Below, piece by piece: positions 1 through 9,957 of a stretch of 64,000 nucleotides of DNA. This DNA comes from Candidatus Kapaibacterium sp. (GTDB taxonomy: Bacteria > Bacteroidota > Ignavibacteria > Kapaibacteriales > UBA2268): NCBI GenBank assembly GCA_026390695.1, contig JAPLFL010000070.1, forward strand, positions 624-64,623. Direction: 5' to 3'. The notes beneath the pieces were generated by a model, which did no database searches, was not told the DNA's origin, and saw only the letters and a program-made list of their open reading frames with translations. Position 1 is the stretch's first letter; each line of letters starts with the position of its first letter. The translations under genes and the position numbers were made by a program.

Positions 1-195
1 ACCATGAGCTGGAGATCCAATAGCATCCCTTTGTAATCCAGTCAAACGAGGCATTAAAAATCCGCGCAATACGGTTTTCAACTCTAATACTGACGAAGGA
101 TCAGGTATAGAATCAGTCTGATCGCTGATAATCACATTTTGTGAGTATAGCTTCATCCCCATTAACAATAAAATTATTAAAAAAACTTTTTTCAT
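1..195 (-). CDS. Partial CDS, N-terminus only, of a hypothetical secreted protein that runs off the window start
   Basis: Minus-strand ATG at 193-195 with GAGGA about 9 nt upstream. The translation MKKVFLIILLLMGMKLYSQN... has a signal-peptide-like N-terminus and the frame stays open to position 1. Confidence 0.45.
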   Translation of the reverse strand, partial: MKKVFLIILLLMGMKLYSQNVIISDQTDSIPDPSSVLELKTVLRGFLMPRLTGLQRDAIGSPAHG

Positions 196-873
196 TTATT
201 TATCCTCAATCAAATTCAATTTTTTTAATCCATAATAAAATAAACTCAAACTATCTTTAAGTTTCAACCCATAAAGCATCATACTAGTCATTTTCAAAAA
301 GTTAAATGTATATTCATCAACAAATGTAATTGCTAACGATTGATCGAAAAAAAATTTGTTCTTATTGGGCTTTATCTTCATAAAATTCATTATTTCCGTG
401 GTGTTTTAGTATTTAAAATTATATCAAAAGCAAAAATTATACCATCATTTATATTTAAATCTTTTCAATTATATTAATTTTTTATTTCTACCATTACTCA
501 ACAAGCAAAATTATATGTAAATATTCAATATTTAAATAGGTAAAATTACTTAAAAATTTCGATTTTTTTACAATATTTTTTCCTCTTTTTTTAAGAAATT
601 TTCTTAAAGTATATTATAAATAAATATATTAGCAATAGTAATCACCCGGAAGCCGCATCTACTGCGATATTCGAATTCAAAATATAATGACTTTTAAATA
701 ATTATAATTATTAAGATTCAATTATTTTTCTATCATTTTTAATAAATTCATCTTTGAAATTTAATTGCAAAGGTTTTAAAATAAATTATTACAAATTGAA
801 ATGATTTTTTTTCTTAAATTTGATGATAATAAATATTCAGATTTAATAAAAAAACAAACATAAAGGATACCGG

Positions 874-2178
874 ATGAAAAAAATAATATTAACTACAGCT
901 ATCTTATTTCTTTGTTTATTCAATTTTGTTTATTCAAATGGGCTCACACTTAATTCGATTGGGACAGCATCATTCGGAATGGGTGGTGCGTGTTTAGGTT
1001 TAGCAAATGACTATTCTGCTGCTTATTGGAATCCTGCAGGAATTGCCCAGCTTAATGAAACAGAAATAGCCTTATCTTTCAATACAAATAAACCCAATTC
1101 GACATATAAATTAAATATTTTTAGTGAATATGGCGAAGCTCTTCCCGGTGTCAATGCAACAAGTAAGTCGGCAATGTCTATCTCACCATCCATTAATTTT
1201 TTTATGCCATTCCTAAAAGGAAAATTAACCGCTGGAATAGGTATATTTAAACCCTCGAATATAATCACGGAGTGGGATGGCTCTGATATAAAAGAAATTT
1301 CAGGATCTAATGTATATAATTGGAAATCAAGTATTGGTGTTTATCAAATCAGTCCAACGGTTGCATATAATTATCACGACATTTTATTTATTGGTGCGGC
1401 ATTAAACCTTGATAAAGGATCCTGTGAACTTAATATGCCTTTGCCTTTCAAAAATAGTTTTTCCCAATATTCAGAAACAAGCAGTGGCTGGGGAACAGGA
1501 ATCACATTAGGAATTCTTTATAAACACAGTGAAATCTTATCTATTGGATTATCTTTTAAAACGAAAAATTCAATCAAATTCAGTGGTAGTGCTACTTTTG
1601 ATTCTCTCGCAACTCAGTCAAGCGGTTTTGATCGTGATATTGCTTGGCCAATGTGGTTCGGAGCTGGTTTTGCGTTTAATCCCGCCCCTGACATCACACT
1701 ATGTGCAGATGTACATTATAGCCAGTGGTCTAAAACTGAGAACAAATTGATTAGTAAATATAGTGAAACAGGTTGGGATTCAGTTACAGCATTGATGAAT
1801 CGCAAATTTGTACTAAATTGGCAAGATGCTTTGCAAATCAAAGTGGGTGTAGTTTATCAGGTAAATGAGAATATAACTGCAAGAATTGGATATTACAATG
1901 AACCTGCAACTGCACCTGAGAACACTGTAAATATTCTTTTCCCAAGTTTTTCTTATAATGCTTTTACAGCCGGTGGAAGTTATAAAATAGGGAATATCAA
2001 GTTTGAATTAGGAGCCGAATATCTTAGTGGTAAAGAAAGAACGAGCACTGACGCTTCTAATATTAAAACATTAGATTTGAAAGCATATAATGATAAAATT
2101 AATTTACCCGGCAATCAAACAAGTAGTGTCATAGGATTTAGTTTTGGTGTAACTTATCATATCAAAGCCAAACAATGA
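874..2178 (+). CDS. Outer-membrane channel of the FadL/TodX family (hydrophobic compound / long-chain fatty acid transport)
   Basis: Signal peptide. The N-terminal motif SFGMGGACLGLANDYSAAYWNPAGIA matches the FadL-family hatch motif (..GMGGA..ADDASA.Y.NPAGL). Alternating beta-strand-like composition throughout. Confidence 0.6.
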   Translation: MKKIILTTAILFLCLFNFVYSNGLTLNSIGTASFGMGGACLGLANDYSAAYWNPAGIAQLNETEIALSFNTNKPNSTYKLNIFSEYGEALPGVNATSKSAMSISPSINFFMPFLKGKLTAGIGIFKPSNIITEWDGSDIKEISGSNVYNWKSSIGVYQISPTVAYNYHDILFIGAALNLDKGSCELNMPLPFKNSFSQYSETSSGWGTGITLGILYKHSEILSIGLSFKTKNSIKFSGSATFDSLATQSSGFDRDIAWPMWFGAGFAFNPAPDITLCADVHYSQWSKTENKLISKYSETGWDSVTALMNRKFVLNWQDALQIKVGVVYQVNENITARIGYYNEPATAPENTVNILFPSFSYNAFTAGGSYKIGNIKFELGAEYLSGKERTSTDASNIKTLDLKAYNDKINLPGNQTSSVIGFSFGVTYHIKAKQ

Positions 2179-2663
2179 GCAAAATTGATTTTCCTGTTAC
2201 AACAGCTATCAGAGCTCTGAGAGCAAATAACATCGAATTCACCCCCTTTTTTTATGAATATACGGAAAAAGGGGGAACTCATCAGACTTCTTTGGAACTT
2301 AACGTTGACGAATATACAGTGGTAAAAACTTTGGTAATGGAGTCTGAGAGCGAGCAATTTATTGTATTAATGCATGGGAATCTGGAAGTATCGACAAAGG
2401 AACTTGCAAGGCAGATTGATTGTAAGAGGATTGATTCTTGCAGTCAGGATACTGCTTTGAAGATTACAGGATATCAATTTGGCGGTACAAGCCCTTTTGG
2501 TATGCGAAAGTCTGTACAGGTCTATGCAGAGGATACAATTTTTAATCTTGATGAAATATATATTAACGGCGGTAAAAGAGGATTTATCATAAAAATTAAA
2601 TCTCAGGATTTAATGAAAGTATTGAAAATCATAAAAGTTAAAGCTGGAATCAACAAAAATTAA
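2175..2663 (+). CDS. ybaK: Cys-tRNA(Pro)/Cys-tRNA(Cys) deacylase YbaK
   Basis: 162 aa with YbaK/ProX deacylase-like sequence (FTPFFYEY..., GYQFGGTSPFG). ATGA start/stop overlap with the upstream gene. Confidence 0.65.
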   Translation: MSKIDFPVTTAIRALRANNIEFTPFFYEYTEKGGTHQTSLELNVDEYTVVKTLVMESESEQFIVLMHGNLEVSTKELARQIDCKRIDSCSQDTALKITGYQFGGTSPFGMRKSVQVYAEDTIFNLDEIYINGGKRGFIIKIKSQDLMKVLKIIKVKAGINKN

Positions 2664-2700
2664 AATTTACAATTTATGTTAGTTAGTTAGTTAGATATAT

Positions 2701-3981
2701 TTAATTCTCCGAATAATCTAATTCTTTAGAATAGGTCTCATCCAACATAAATATTGATATGAATGCAAGTGATAAACAAATCAAGCCACAAAAGGCTCCT
2801 GATGTAATTACACCATTTGAAGGAATAAGATAGTAAAACAGAGATGTTGTGGGATAGACTAATCCCCTTACAAAATTTGGAATTGTAGATGCCGCTGTGG
2901 CTCTCAGATTTGTCCCGAATTGTTCGGCTGCCATAGTTACAAAAACAGCCCAATATCCCGCTGGCAATCCTGTTAAAGCACAAATAATATAAAATGAAGT
3001 CACGGAAAGTTCGGATTGTGATAAATAAACTGCGATCATCACTGTTAAAAAGCTGATGAATAAAATAACTACTTTTTTTCTGCTGTGTAAAATCTGACTG
3101 AGCATTCCACTTAAAATGTCTCCTGCTGTAGCCCCGATGTAATAAAACATGATAGCGTCTCCGCCATTTATTTTACCTGTAATCTTTAAAACCTTTGAAA
3201 ACTCCGGTGCAAAATTGATCAGCACACTTAAACTATACCAGATAGGCAGTCCGATTAGTATAGAGAATAAATATTTAAAAAATAGTTTTTTGTGTGTGAA
3301 AAAAGCGAAAAAATTTCCACGGGTAAAACTTGTAAAAAAAGAAATAAAATTAGATGTTTTTGACTGGGAGCCAGTCATAGTATTTCTACCCTGTTCTAAT
3401 TTATTAAACGTCCCCGATTCAAGGACGAATTTTTGAGTAAAAATTAGAGCTAATCCCAAAATTCCACCAATAATATATGCATATCGCCAGTTAAAATTTT
3501 TTGATACTAAATTTGCTGCTATTGAGCCGCTCACTCCGATTGATGCAACTAGCATAGTACCATATCCTCTGATATTTGTTGGTAATATTTCAAGTACTAA
3601 AGTAATGGCAATGCCCAGCTCACCTGCCAAACCAAGTCCTGCAAAAAATCTACATAAAAGATACTGGTCTATATTTTGAACAAATGCATTACAGATATTC
3701 GCCAATGAGTATAGAATTATTGAGCCGAATAAAATTTTAACTCGTCCTATTCTATCTCCAAGAACACCCCAAATTATTCCACCAATGAGCATACCTATCA
3801 TCTGATAGTTGATTATCATTACTCCATAATGAAATGCTTGATCTGTACTAAAACCTAATGAAGTTAAACTTGGAATTCTTACTATGCCGACCAGTATTAA
3901 ATCATACACATCGACAAAATAGCCTAATGCAGCAACTATGACAGTTATTGAGAATAGTGGTTTAAGACTTGGTTTGTTCAT
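2701..3981 (-). CDS. MFS transporter (paralog of 31857..33095)
   Basis: Twelve-TM-like hydrophobic profile. N-terminal VIVAALGYFVDVYDLILVGIVRIPSL and C-terminal EQFGTNLRATAASTIPNFVRG motifs are shared almost verbatim with the second MFS gene in the window. Confidence 0.7.
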   Translation of the reverse strand: MNKPSLKPLFSITVIVAALGYFVDVYDLILVGIVRIPSLTSLGFSTDQAFHYGVMIINYQMIGMLIGGIIWGVLGDRIGRVKILFGSIILYSLANICNAFVQNIDQYLLCRFFAGLGLAGELGIAITLVLEILPTNIRGYGTMLVASIGVSGSIAANLVSKNFNWRYAYIIGGILGLALIFTQKFVLESGTFNKLEQGRNTMTGSQSKTSNFISFFTSFTRGNFFAFFTHKKLFFKYLFSILIGLPIWYSLSVLINFAPEFSKVLKITGKINGGDAIMFYYIGATAGDILSGMLSQILHSRKKVVILFISFLTVMIAVYLSQSELSVTSFYIICALTGLPAGYWAVFVTMAAEQFGTNLRATAASTIPNFVRGLVYPTTSLFYYLIPSNGVITSGAFCGLICLSLAFISIFMLDETYSKELDYSEN

Positions 3982-4021
3982 AAATGTTAAAAATTAATAA
4001 ATAAAAAGGATTTGATTTTGA

Positions 4022-4831
4022 TTACTTTTTATTAAATTCTATTGTTAAAAACCATCCGACCTTATTATATCCAAACAGATTAGCAACTAATTTCGCACAT
4101 AAACGGAATAATTTATTAAAACGGGTCATTTTGTCATAATATGTTAAAACGGGTTGAATTTTTAAATTTTCAATTGTATTCATTTTGAGCATTTGATGAA
4201 CTTCTTTTATTGTGTATGCTTTTGTTCCGATGCTTTCCATGTGATTCCACAGCACTTTGCTAAGACTCATCCATGGTTTTCCCTTAAGCAATGCATATTT
4301 AATCCAAAAGAAATAAGATAATAATGAATGTCGGTGATAGATCATTACTTTACAAGTACCACCGGGTTTACAAACGCGGATTATCTCTCTCATGGCTTTG
4401 GGAGTATCCGGTGTATGGTGAATCACACCCCAACTATAGACAATATCAAAAAAATTATCAGGGAAAGGGATATTTTCGCTATCTGCAACTTTTATTTCCT
4501 CCGCTTTTAATCCATAAAGTGATAATCTGTGATGTACGTGTTCGACTGCTTCTGGAGTTAAATCAATTCCATAAACTACTGCACCGGCTCGAGCCCACTG
4601 CAAGAAGTCTGTGCCTGCACCGACACCGACTTCGAGTAATTTTTTATCTCTGAAACGAGTAAACTGGGCGAATGAAAAAATTTCAGGTTCCTGCCTGTAT
4701 CTTAGGTCTTCAATATCTTCAAAATATTCTTTTGAATACTTCTCTTTATCAGTAAATTGGGTTCCGCAAGCCTGGTTATTCCAAAATTGCTGAACCTGCT
4801 GTTTCATTTCATTTTTAGTATCGGACATCAT
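4022..4831 (-). CDS. Class I SAM-dependent methyltransferase (Methyltransf_11-like)
   Basis: Motif I LEVGVGAGTDFLQWARAGAVVYGIDL and post-I acidic residue, then FDIVYSWGVIHHTPD and CKPGG motifs typical of SAM methyltransferases. Confidence 0.7.
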   Translation of the reverse strand: MMSDTKNEMKQQVQQFWNNQACGTQFTDKEKYSKEYFEDIEDLRYRQEPEIFSFAQFTRFRDKKLLEVGVGAGTDFLQWARAGAVVYGIDLTPEAVEHVHHRLSLYGLKAEEIKVADSENIPFPDNFFDIVYSWGVIHHTPDTPKAMREIIRVCKPGGTCKVMIYHRHSLLSYFFWIKYALLKGKPWMSLSKVLWNHMESIGTKAYTIKEVHQMLKMNTIENLKIQPVLTYYDKMTRFNKLFRLCAKLVANLFGYNKVGWFLTIEFNKK

Positions 4832-4939
4832 TAAATAAAATTACAAATTTAAATTAAAATATTCAATCGAAAAAACTTTATTGAATTATGAGCATAAATT
4901 ATTAATTTTGTATATGAATTGATTCAATTTTGAGGATAC

Positions 4940-6580
4940 ATGATTAAAAATAAAAGATTACTTTTCTTGATTGCAGTTTTCTGCCAAATATTTATAATTC
5001 AACTTTTTGCAGAAGACAGTTTCATTTATTCTAAATTTACCGGTACATCCGAAAAATCATTAGATACTCTTGCGCTTGAGACTGCCCAAAAAAATATAAA
5101 AGAAAGCATCGGAATTCTCGAAAAAGAAGTGAATCCAAATCAATATTTAGTCGGGCCAAACGATATTTTTTCTTTATTGATTATTTCATCAAAACCAAGA
5201 AGTATTGAATTAACAGTTTCTCCTGAAGGTAAAATAGTTATCCCTGGCGTGGGAATGGTTAACGTTAAAGGCAAGACTTTGGCTCAGACAGATTCTATCA
5301 TAATTGAAAGAGTAAAACAAATCTATAAAACAGAAGAAATTTATGTTACCCTCAAAGAATTAAGAAAATTTAAAGTAACCATCAGTGGATCAGTACGTAA
5401 ACCATCGATAATTGAAGCTTCAGCAGCAGAACGAGTTTCCGAGCTAATTATTAAATCCGGTGGTTTTCTTGAGAATTCTTCATTAAGACATATTAAACTT
5501 ATTCGGGATTCCCAAATAATAAATGTGGATGTTCTCAAATTTTATTTGGCAGGAGACAAGGAAAGCAATCCTTTTGTTAATGGTGGTGATTTAATTATTG
5601 TTCCGAATATGGATAAAGAGAACCAAATTGAAATTGCCGGTGAGGTTGGTAAAAGCGGCTCGTATGAATATGTTCACGGTGATTCCCTTTCAACTTTAGT
5701 TAGATTTGGAAATGGTTTCACAGCTTTTGCTCTATTAGATTCTATTGAAATAATTCGAAAGGATCCCAGAGCTGAACCGAAACGTAAAGTTATTAATTTA
5801 GAATCCTGGCGCTTTTCATATTTGAATAATACTCAGCTACCAAATGATTTTCCTTTGGAACCGAATGACAGAGTTTTTATAAGAATTAATTCAGAAATGA
5901 AAAGCATAGATAAAGTCTGTATTAAAGGTGAAGTAAAGTATCCAGGCTATTATGCTCTTTATAAAAAAGATGAAAGAATCAACAGTTTAATTGAACGAGC
6001 CGGTGGTTTTACCGAATCAGCAAGTATCGAAAATATTATTTTCCTTCGTCAGAATGAATATAAAAAAATAGATATGGAAATGGATAGATTGTGGCGTACT
6101 CCTCAAATTGAGCGCTCTGTCTCTGAACAACAGTATTTTACAGCCAGAATAAGTGAACGACGCGGAGTATTATCAGTCAATTTTAAAAAATTAATTAAAG
6201 AGCCTAATTCAGTTGAGAACATAGTTTTATATGATAAAGATTCAATTTTCGTTCCTCTTAAAAATGAATTTATTAATGTTCAAGGTAGAGTTAATAGTCC
6301 AGGACTAATTACCTTTAGATCAAACTTAACTTATCAGGACTATATTAACCTCGCTGGTGGATATGGATACAGAGCAGATAAGGGTTCGGTATTGGTTGTA
6401 AAATCAAAAGGACAGCAATTTTTAGCTTCAAATAAAGATTATATCCTTGAACCTGGTGATAATATTCTGGTACCTTCGGAAAGAGAAGATACTTTTGAAA
6501 CTATTACAAAATATGCAACATTTGGCTCACAAATTGTGACTTTCTTATATGTTATTTATACAATGGTTAAATTAAGATAA
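4940..6580 (+). CDS. Polysaccharide export protein, Wza-like (periplasmic, SLBB repeats)
   Basis: N-terminal signal/anchor. Repeated xGxVxxPGxY / GDxIxV soluble-ligand-binding beta-grasp motifs (LVGPNDIF, GEVKYPGYYAL, PGDNILVP). C-terminal hydrophobic helix. Confidence 0.6.
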   Translation: MIKNKRLLFLIAVFCQIFIIQLFAEDSFIYSKFTGTSEKSLDTLALETAQKNIKESIGILEKEVNPNQYLVGPNDIFSLLIISSKPRSIELTVSPEGKIVIPGVGMVNVKGKTLAQTDSIIIERVKQIYKTEEIYVTLKELRKFKVTISGSVRKPSIIEASAAERVSELIIKSGGFLENSSLRHIKLIRDSQIINVDVLKFYLAGDKESNPFVNGGDLIIVPNMDKENQIEIAGEVGKSGSYEYVHGDSLSTLVRFGNGFTAFALLDSIEIIRKDPRAEPKRKVINLESWRFSYLNNTQLPNDFPLEPNDRVFIRINSEMKSIDKVCIKGEVKYPGYYALYKKDERINSLIERAGGFTESASIENIIFLRQNEYKKIDMEMDRLWRTPQIERSVSEQQYFTARISERRGVLSVNFKKLIKEPNSVENIVLYDKDSIFVPLKNEFINVQGRVNSPGLITFRSNLTYQDYINLAGGYGYRADKGSVLVVKSKGQQFLASNKDYILEPGDNILVPSEREDTFETITKYATFGSQIVTFLYVIYTMVKLR

Positions 6581-6588
6581 GCTAAAGA

Positions 6589-7797
6589 ATGAAAGAAAAA
6601 TTTGAACCGGTAGAATTTTCTATCGGATATCTATGGACTATTATCTCAAACAATAGAAAATTATTTGTTTCTTGTTTATTGATTTCTTGGATCATTTTTA
6701 TTTGTTTCTACATACTGATTCCAAAATCATCAACTGCTTCAACTTCACTTTTGCCAACAAAACTTAATGAGAGCAACGGTGGATTAGCAGCATTTTTACA
6801 ATCAGCCGGCGGCTCTGGAATCGGCGCTCTCGTCGGAGGTAGCAAGAGTGAACAGAAAGAAATGTATGTCGATATTTTAGAAAGCAGAGCAAGCTCAGAA
6901 TTTGTTTTCAATAAACTCAATTTGAGAAAATCAACTTACTTTACCGATTATACGGATAACGAAATAATTGACATTATTCACAATAATACTAAAGCCGAGA
7001 TTCTTAAATCCGGTCTGATAAGTATTAATTTTACTTTTAAAACAAAAGTATTCCCAGTTAAAGCTGATAAAGATTCAGTGGCAGCATTTTCAAGTCTGGT
7101 ATCCAATACACTCGCTGAGGCACTTGATTATTATCTCAGAAACCGCTCCCTTAATATGACAAGAAAGTCTAAAAAATATATCGAGATTCAATTAATTGAT
7201 TACCGTCATGAACTGGATTCTATTGAATCATTTCTTATTGATTTCCAATCTAAAAATAAACTCATTTCAATCGAAGATCAATCAAAATCTTTAGTTTCAC
7301 AAGCTGTTGAAGCAGGTACTGCTTTAGCTAAAGCCAGTGTTGATTTAAATCTTGCCAAAATTGAATATGAACCGGGATCCGCTATTCTAAACTCTCTTGA
7401 AAATAATTTTAAAATATTGAAAGAACAGTTCGATGCCGTTCAAAAAGGTGGCGTTTATTCTAATGAATTTTCTTTGCCATTTAAAGATATTCCTACTATA
7501 ACAAGAAAATATTTAGATATTTACAGGGAAAGAAAAATCCTTGAGCAAGTACTGATTTATCTTGAGACTCAAAAACATCAAGAAGCCATTCAAGAAGCTA
7601 AGGATTTACCAGTTATTGAAATTTTAGATAAATCACTTGGGTACAATAATATTTCATCACCAAGGTTTATACCTTTTATTATTCTTGGAACGATGATTGT
7701 GATTTTATTATTGATTTTTTTCATCGTTAGCTATTCTTTTTATAAAGGTCATCTTATCATTAAATCTGCTAATGATGTGACTAAAGCTAATTTATAG
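6589..7797 (+). CDS. Polysaccharide co-polymerase / chain-length determinant (Wzz-like)
   Basis: TM helix near the N-terminus and a second at the C-terminus, with a long predicted coiled-coil periplasmic region between. Lies directly downstream of the Wza-like gene. Confidence 0.5.
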   Translation: MKEKFEPVEFSIGYLWTIISNNRKLFVSCLLISWIIFICFYILIPKSSTASTSLLPTKLNESNGGLAAFLQSAGGSGIGALVGGSKSEQKEMYVDILESRASSEFVFNKLNLRKSTYFTDYTDNEIIDIIHNNTKAEILKSGLISINFTFKTKVFPVKADKDSVAAFSSLVSNTLAEALDYYLRNRSLNMTRKSKKYIEIQLIDYRHELDSIESFLIDFQSKNKLISIEDQSKSLVSQAVEAGTALAKASVDLNLAKIEYEPGSAILNSLENNFKILKEQFDAVQKGGVYSNEFSLPFKDIPTITRKYLDIYRERKILEQVLIYLETQKHQEAIQEAKDLPVIEILDKSLGYNNISSPRFIPFIILGTMIVILLLIFFIVSYSFYKGHLIIKSANDVTKANL

Positions 7798-7815
7798 CCA
7801 TTAATGAATTCCTCT

Positions 7816-9864
7816 TTATCTGACAATTTTCACTTTTTCAGTTTGATGAAGAGTTTGTGTTTCTAATAAAATAATATACTCCCCATTTGGTATATCTTTT
7901 GTTGAAAGATTAAAGTTAAATTCGCCGAAAGTTTTCATATCTTGATTCATAATTAACTTCAACATTCTTCCACTCAGATCGTACAATGAAAGCCGTGTTT
8001 CGCATTTTTCTATAAGATTGCATTTAATAATAATCTCATCATTTCCGGGATTTGGGGAAACTGAAATTATACCTGTTTGCCCATCATTTGTCAGGATCAG
8101 CCTTGTTCCACCCTCTCGGCAAATACCGGTTAGTTTGAAAATTCCATTAAGTGTATCAATTGCAAAAGTATCACCGATTATTTTAACATCAGTCAGCCAC
8201 ATTCTTGTTTCTTCAGCATTACCCAAAGCCACAATAAAACAAATTTTAGCTAATTCCGATGAATCCAGTGGTAAATTAGAAAGTAAAATAGACCTGATGC
8301 CGTCTTTGACAGTACTTGCAGGATAATCAAGGGGATATAATATCGAAGAATTGAAATTCAAAGTTGCTGAAATACCGGTTGCTTTTGATTGAAGAATATT
8401 TTCTGCATTCATTAATTTAATAGGAATATTGATAATCGTCCCAGGATTGCCTTCAGCGGATCCAACAGCAAGCAGAGCACTAATTCTACCGTCAATTTTA
8501 CCATTGATTAAAACCTCACTCACTCGCCCACAAAGGTTATCGGTTATAATCACTTTTTCATCAATTTTACCAAAAAATTTAGAACCTTTGTAATGAATAT
8601 TTATTTTTCCTATTTCTCCAACCTGAAGAACTATTGAACTTGGTTTGACATCAATGTTGGATGTTGCGGATATTTTCCAAGACATAGCTGACTCGCCGCT
8701 ATTGGTCAAGGTAATTGTTGTATCTTTAGAAAAGTTTGTTCCGACGCTATCAAATTTAATAATCGTTGTATTTAACTGCTGAGAAACTTCTTCATTGTAA
8801 ATATTAAAATCAAAAGAATAGACTGAATCCGGATCGGCATTTGATTTGATATCCAAATATGCTGTATTTAAACCACCTTTTGTAGGTTTGAAAGTAATCG
8901 GTAAAATACGTGTTTCTTTGGGATGGAGTGTGAAAGGTGAAAATGCAGGTGCAAAGCCATAACTCGAGGCATCTGGACCGCCAATGTCACCGGATAAAAC
9001 ATTAATATCAAGATTATCAATATTGGTGATTTCGACGCTATCAGTCAATGTTTGAGAGCATTTAACCCTTAGGTTACCTGTAAAAACATTATTTACCTGA
9101 ATTGATTTTGCATAACCAACTCCATAAAGCTGAACAAGCGCAGGAGAGCCAAGACCATTATATTTCAAGGCAAGCATTGCCGATGAGCGTCCTACAGCTT
9201 TTGGTGCAAAACGAAGTGTGAATGCGGCACTTTGCCCACCTTTCAAAGTAAATACAGTGTCAACCGAACCGGATGATAAAGTAAAATCACCACTATAGCT
9301 ACGAAACTCGATTCCAGTAAAGTCAACTTGCGATAATCCTGTATTTTTAATTACTGCCGTGCAAACAGAATCTTTATATGTTCTTACCCGAACGGAATCG
9401 AAATTAATAATAGTAGCACTGACAGATAGAGTCTGGTCGATTCCTTCACCAATAATATTTTTTATCAATGTATCTGTCTGAGTAACTATTTTAATCAAAG
9501 ATTTATTATTCCCAACCGATGAAGGGAAAAAGAGGAACTCAGCACTAAGAATTGCACCGGGAGCTATAAAAACCGGAAATGAATTATTTAAAATTTTAAA
9601 GAAAGCAGCATCATTTCCTACAAAAAAAACAGTATCTATGCGAATAGGAAAAGTACTTGGATTGCTAATGAATGTTGTTATAATTGAATCTTTTGTTTTC
9701 CCCACAAGGCATTGCTTCATATCTATATCGTTCGATGTAGCCAGCGGAGCGACGATTGACCATACTGAGTCAGATTGATCAGACTGAGTTTGAGCATGAA
9801 GAAATATTTTATTTATCGCAATAATTGCAATAGACAAAGTTAGCCATTTTAAAATCTTTTTCAT
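7816..9864 (-). CDS. T9SS cargo protein with repeated ASH / choice-of-anchor-D-like beta-sandwich domains
   Basis: Signal peptide. Repeats of the FDSV..V..S....v.NtG type. C-terminal Por_Secre_tail-like segment (VSPNPGNDEIII ... YIILLETQTLHQTEKVKIVR). Confidence 0.55.
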   Translation of the reverse strand: MKKILKWLTLSIAIIAINKIFLHAQTQSDQSDSVWSIVAPLATSNDIDMKQCLVGKTKDSIITTFISNPSTFPIRIDTVFFVGNDAAFFKILNNSFPVFIAPGAILSAEFLFFPSSVGNNKSLIKIVTQTDTLIKNIIGEGIDQTLSVSATIINFDSVRVRTYKDSVCTAVIKNTGLSQVDFTGIEFRSYSGDFTLSSGSVDTVFTLKGGQSAAFTLRFAPKAVGRSSAMLALKYNGLGSPALVQLYGVGYAKSIQVNNVFTGNLRVKCSQTLTDSVEITNIDNLDINVLSGDIGGPDASSYGFAPAFSPFTLHPKETRILPITFKPTKGGLNTAYLDIKSNADPDSVYSFDFNIYNEEVSQQLNTTIIKFDSVGTNFSKDTTITLTNSGESAMSWKISATSNIDVKPSSIVLQVGEIGKINIHYKGSKFFGKIDEKVIITDNLCGRVSEVLINGKIDGRISALLAVGSAEGNPGTIINIPIKLMNAENILQSKATGISATLNFNSSILYPLDYPASTVKDGIRSILLSNLPLDSSELAKICFIVALGNAEETRMWLTDVKIIGDTFAIDTLNGIFKLTGICREGGTRLILTNDGQTGIISVSPNPGNDEIIIKCNLIEKCETRLSLYDLSGRMLKLIMNQDMKTFGEFNFNLSTKDIPNGEYIILLETQTLHQTEKVKIVR

Positions 9865-9957
9865 TTTTTGCTCCTTTTATAAAATAAAATAAAAAAAATC
9901 AATCATAATTCCAAAAAAACATTGTTCTAATTTTTATTAGGCTGTTCAAAAAAATTA

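Noticed and set aside
196-390. 64-aa minus-strand ORF adjacent to the partial CDS at 1..195
   Set aside because: It is in-frame but separated by a stop from the downstream ATG that has the GAGGA RBS and signal peptide. Its sequence is low-complexity and AT-rich, typical of a promoter region.
1023-1268. Numerous short antisense or overlapping ORFs in the track (for example 1023..1268, 1529..1750, 3149..3436, 4324..4653, 8018..8326, 27907..28217, 48952..49386)
   Set aside because: They lie fully inside longer, domain-supported CDS on the opposite strand or in another frame. They have no independent motif or start-site support.
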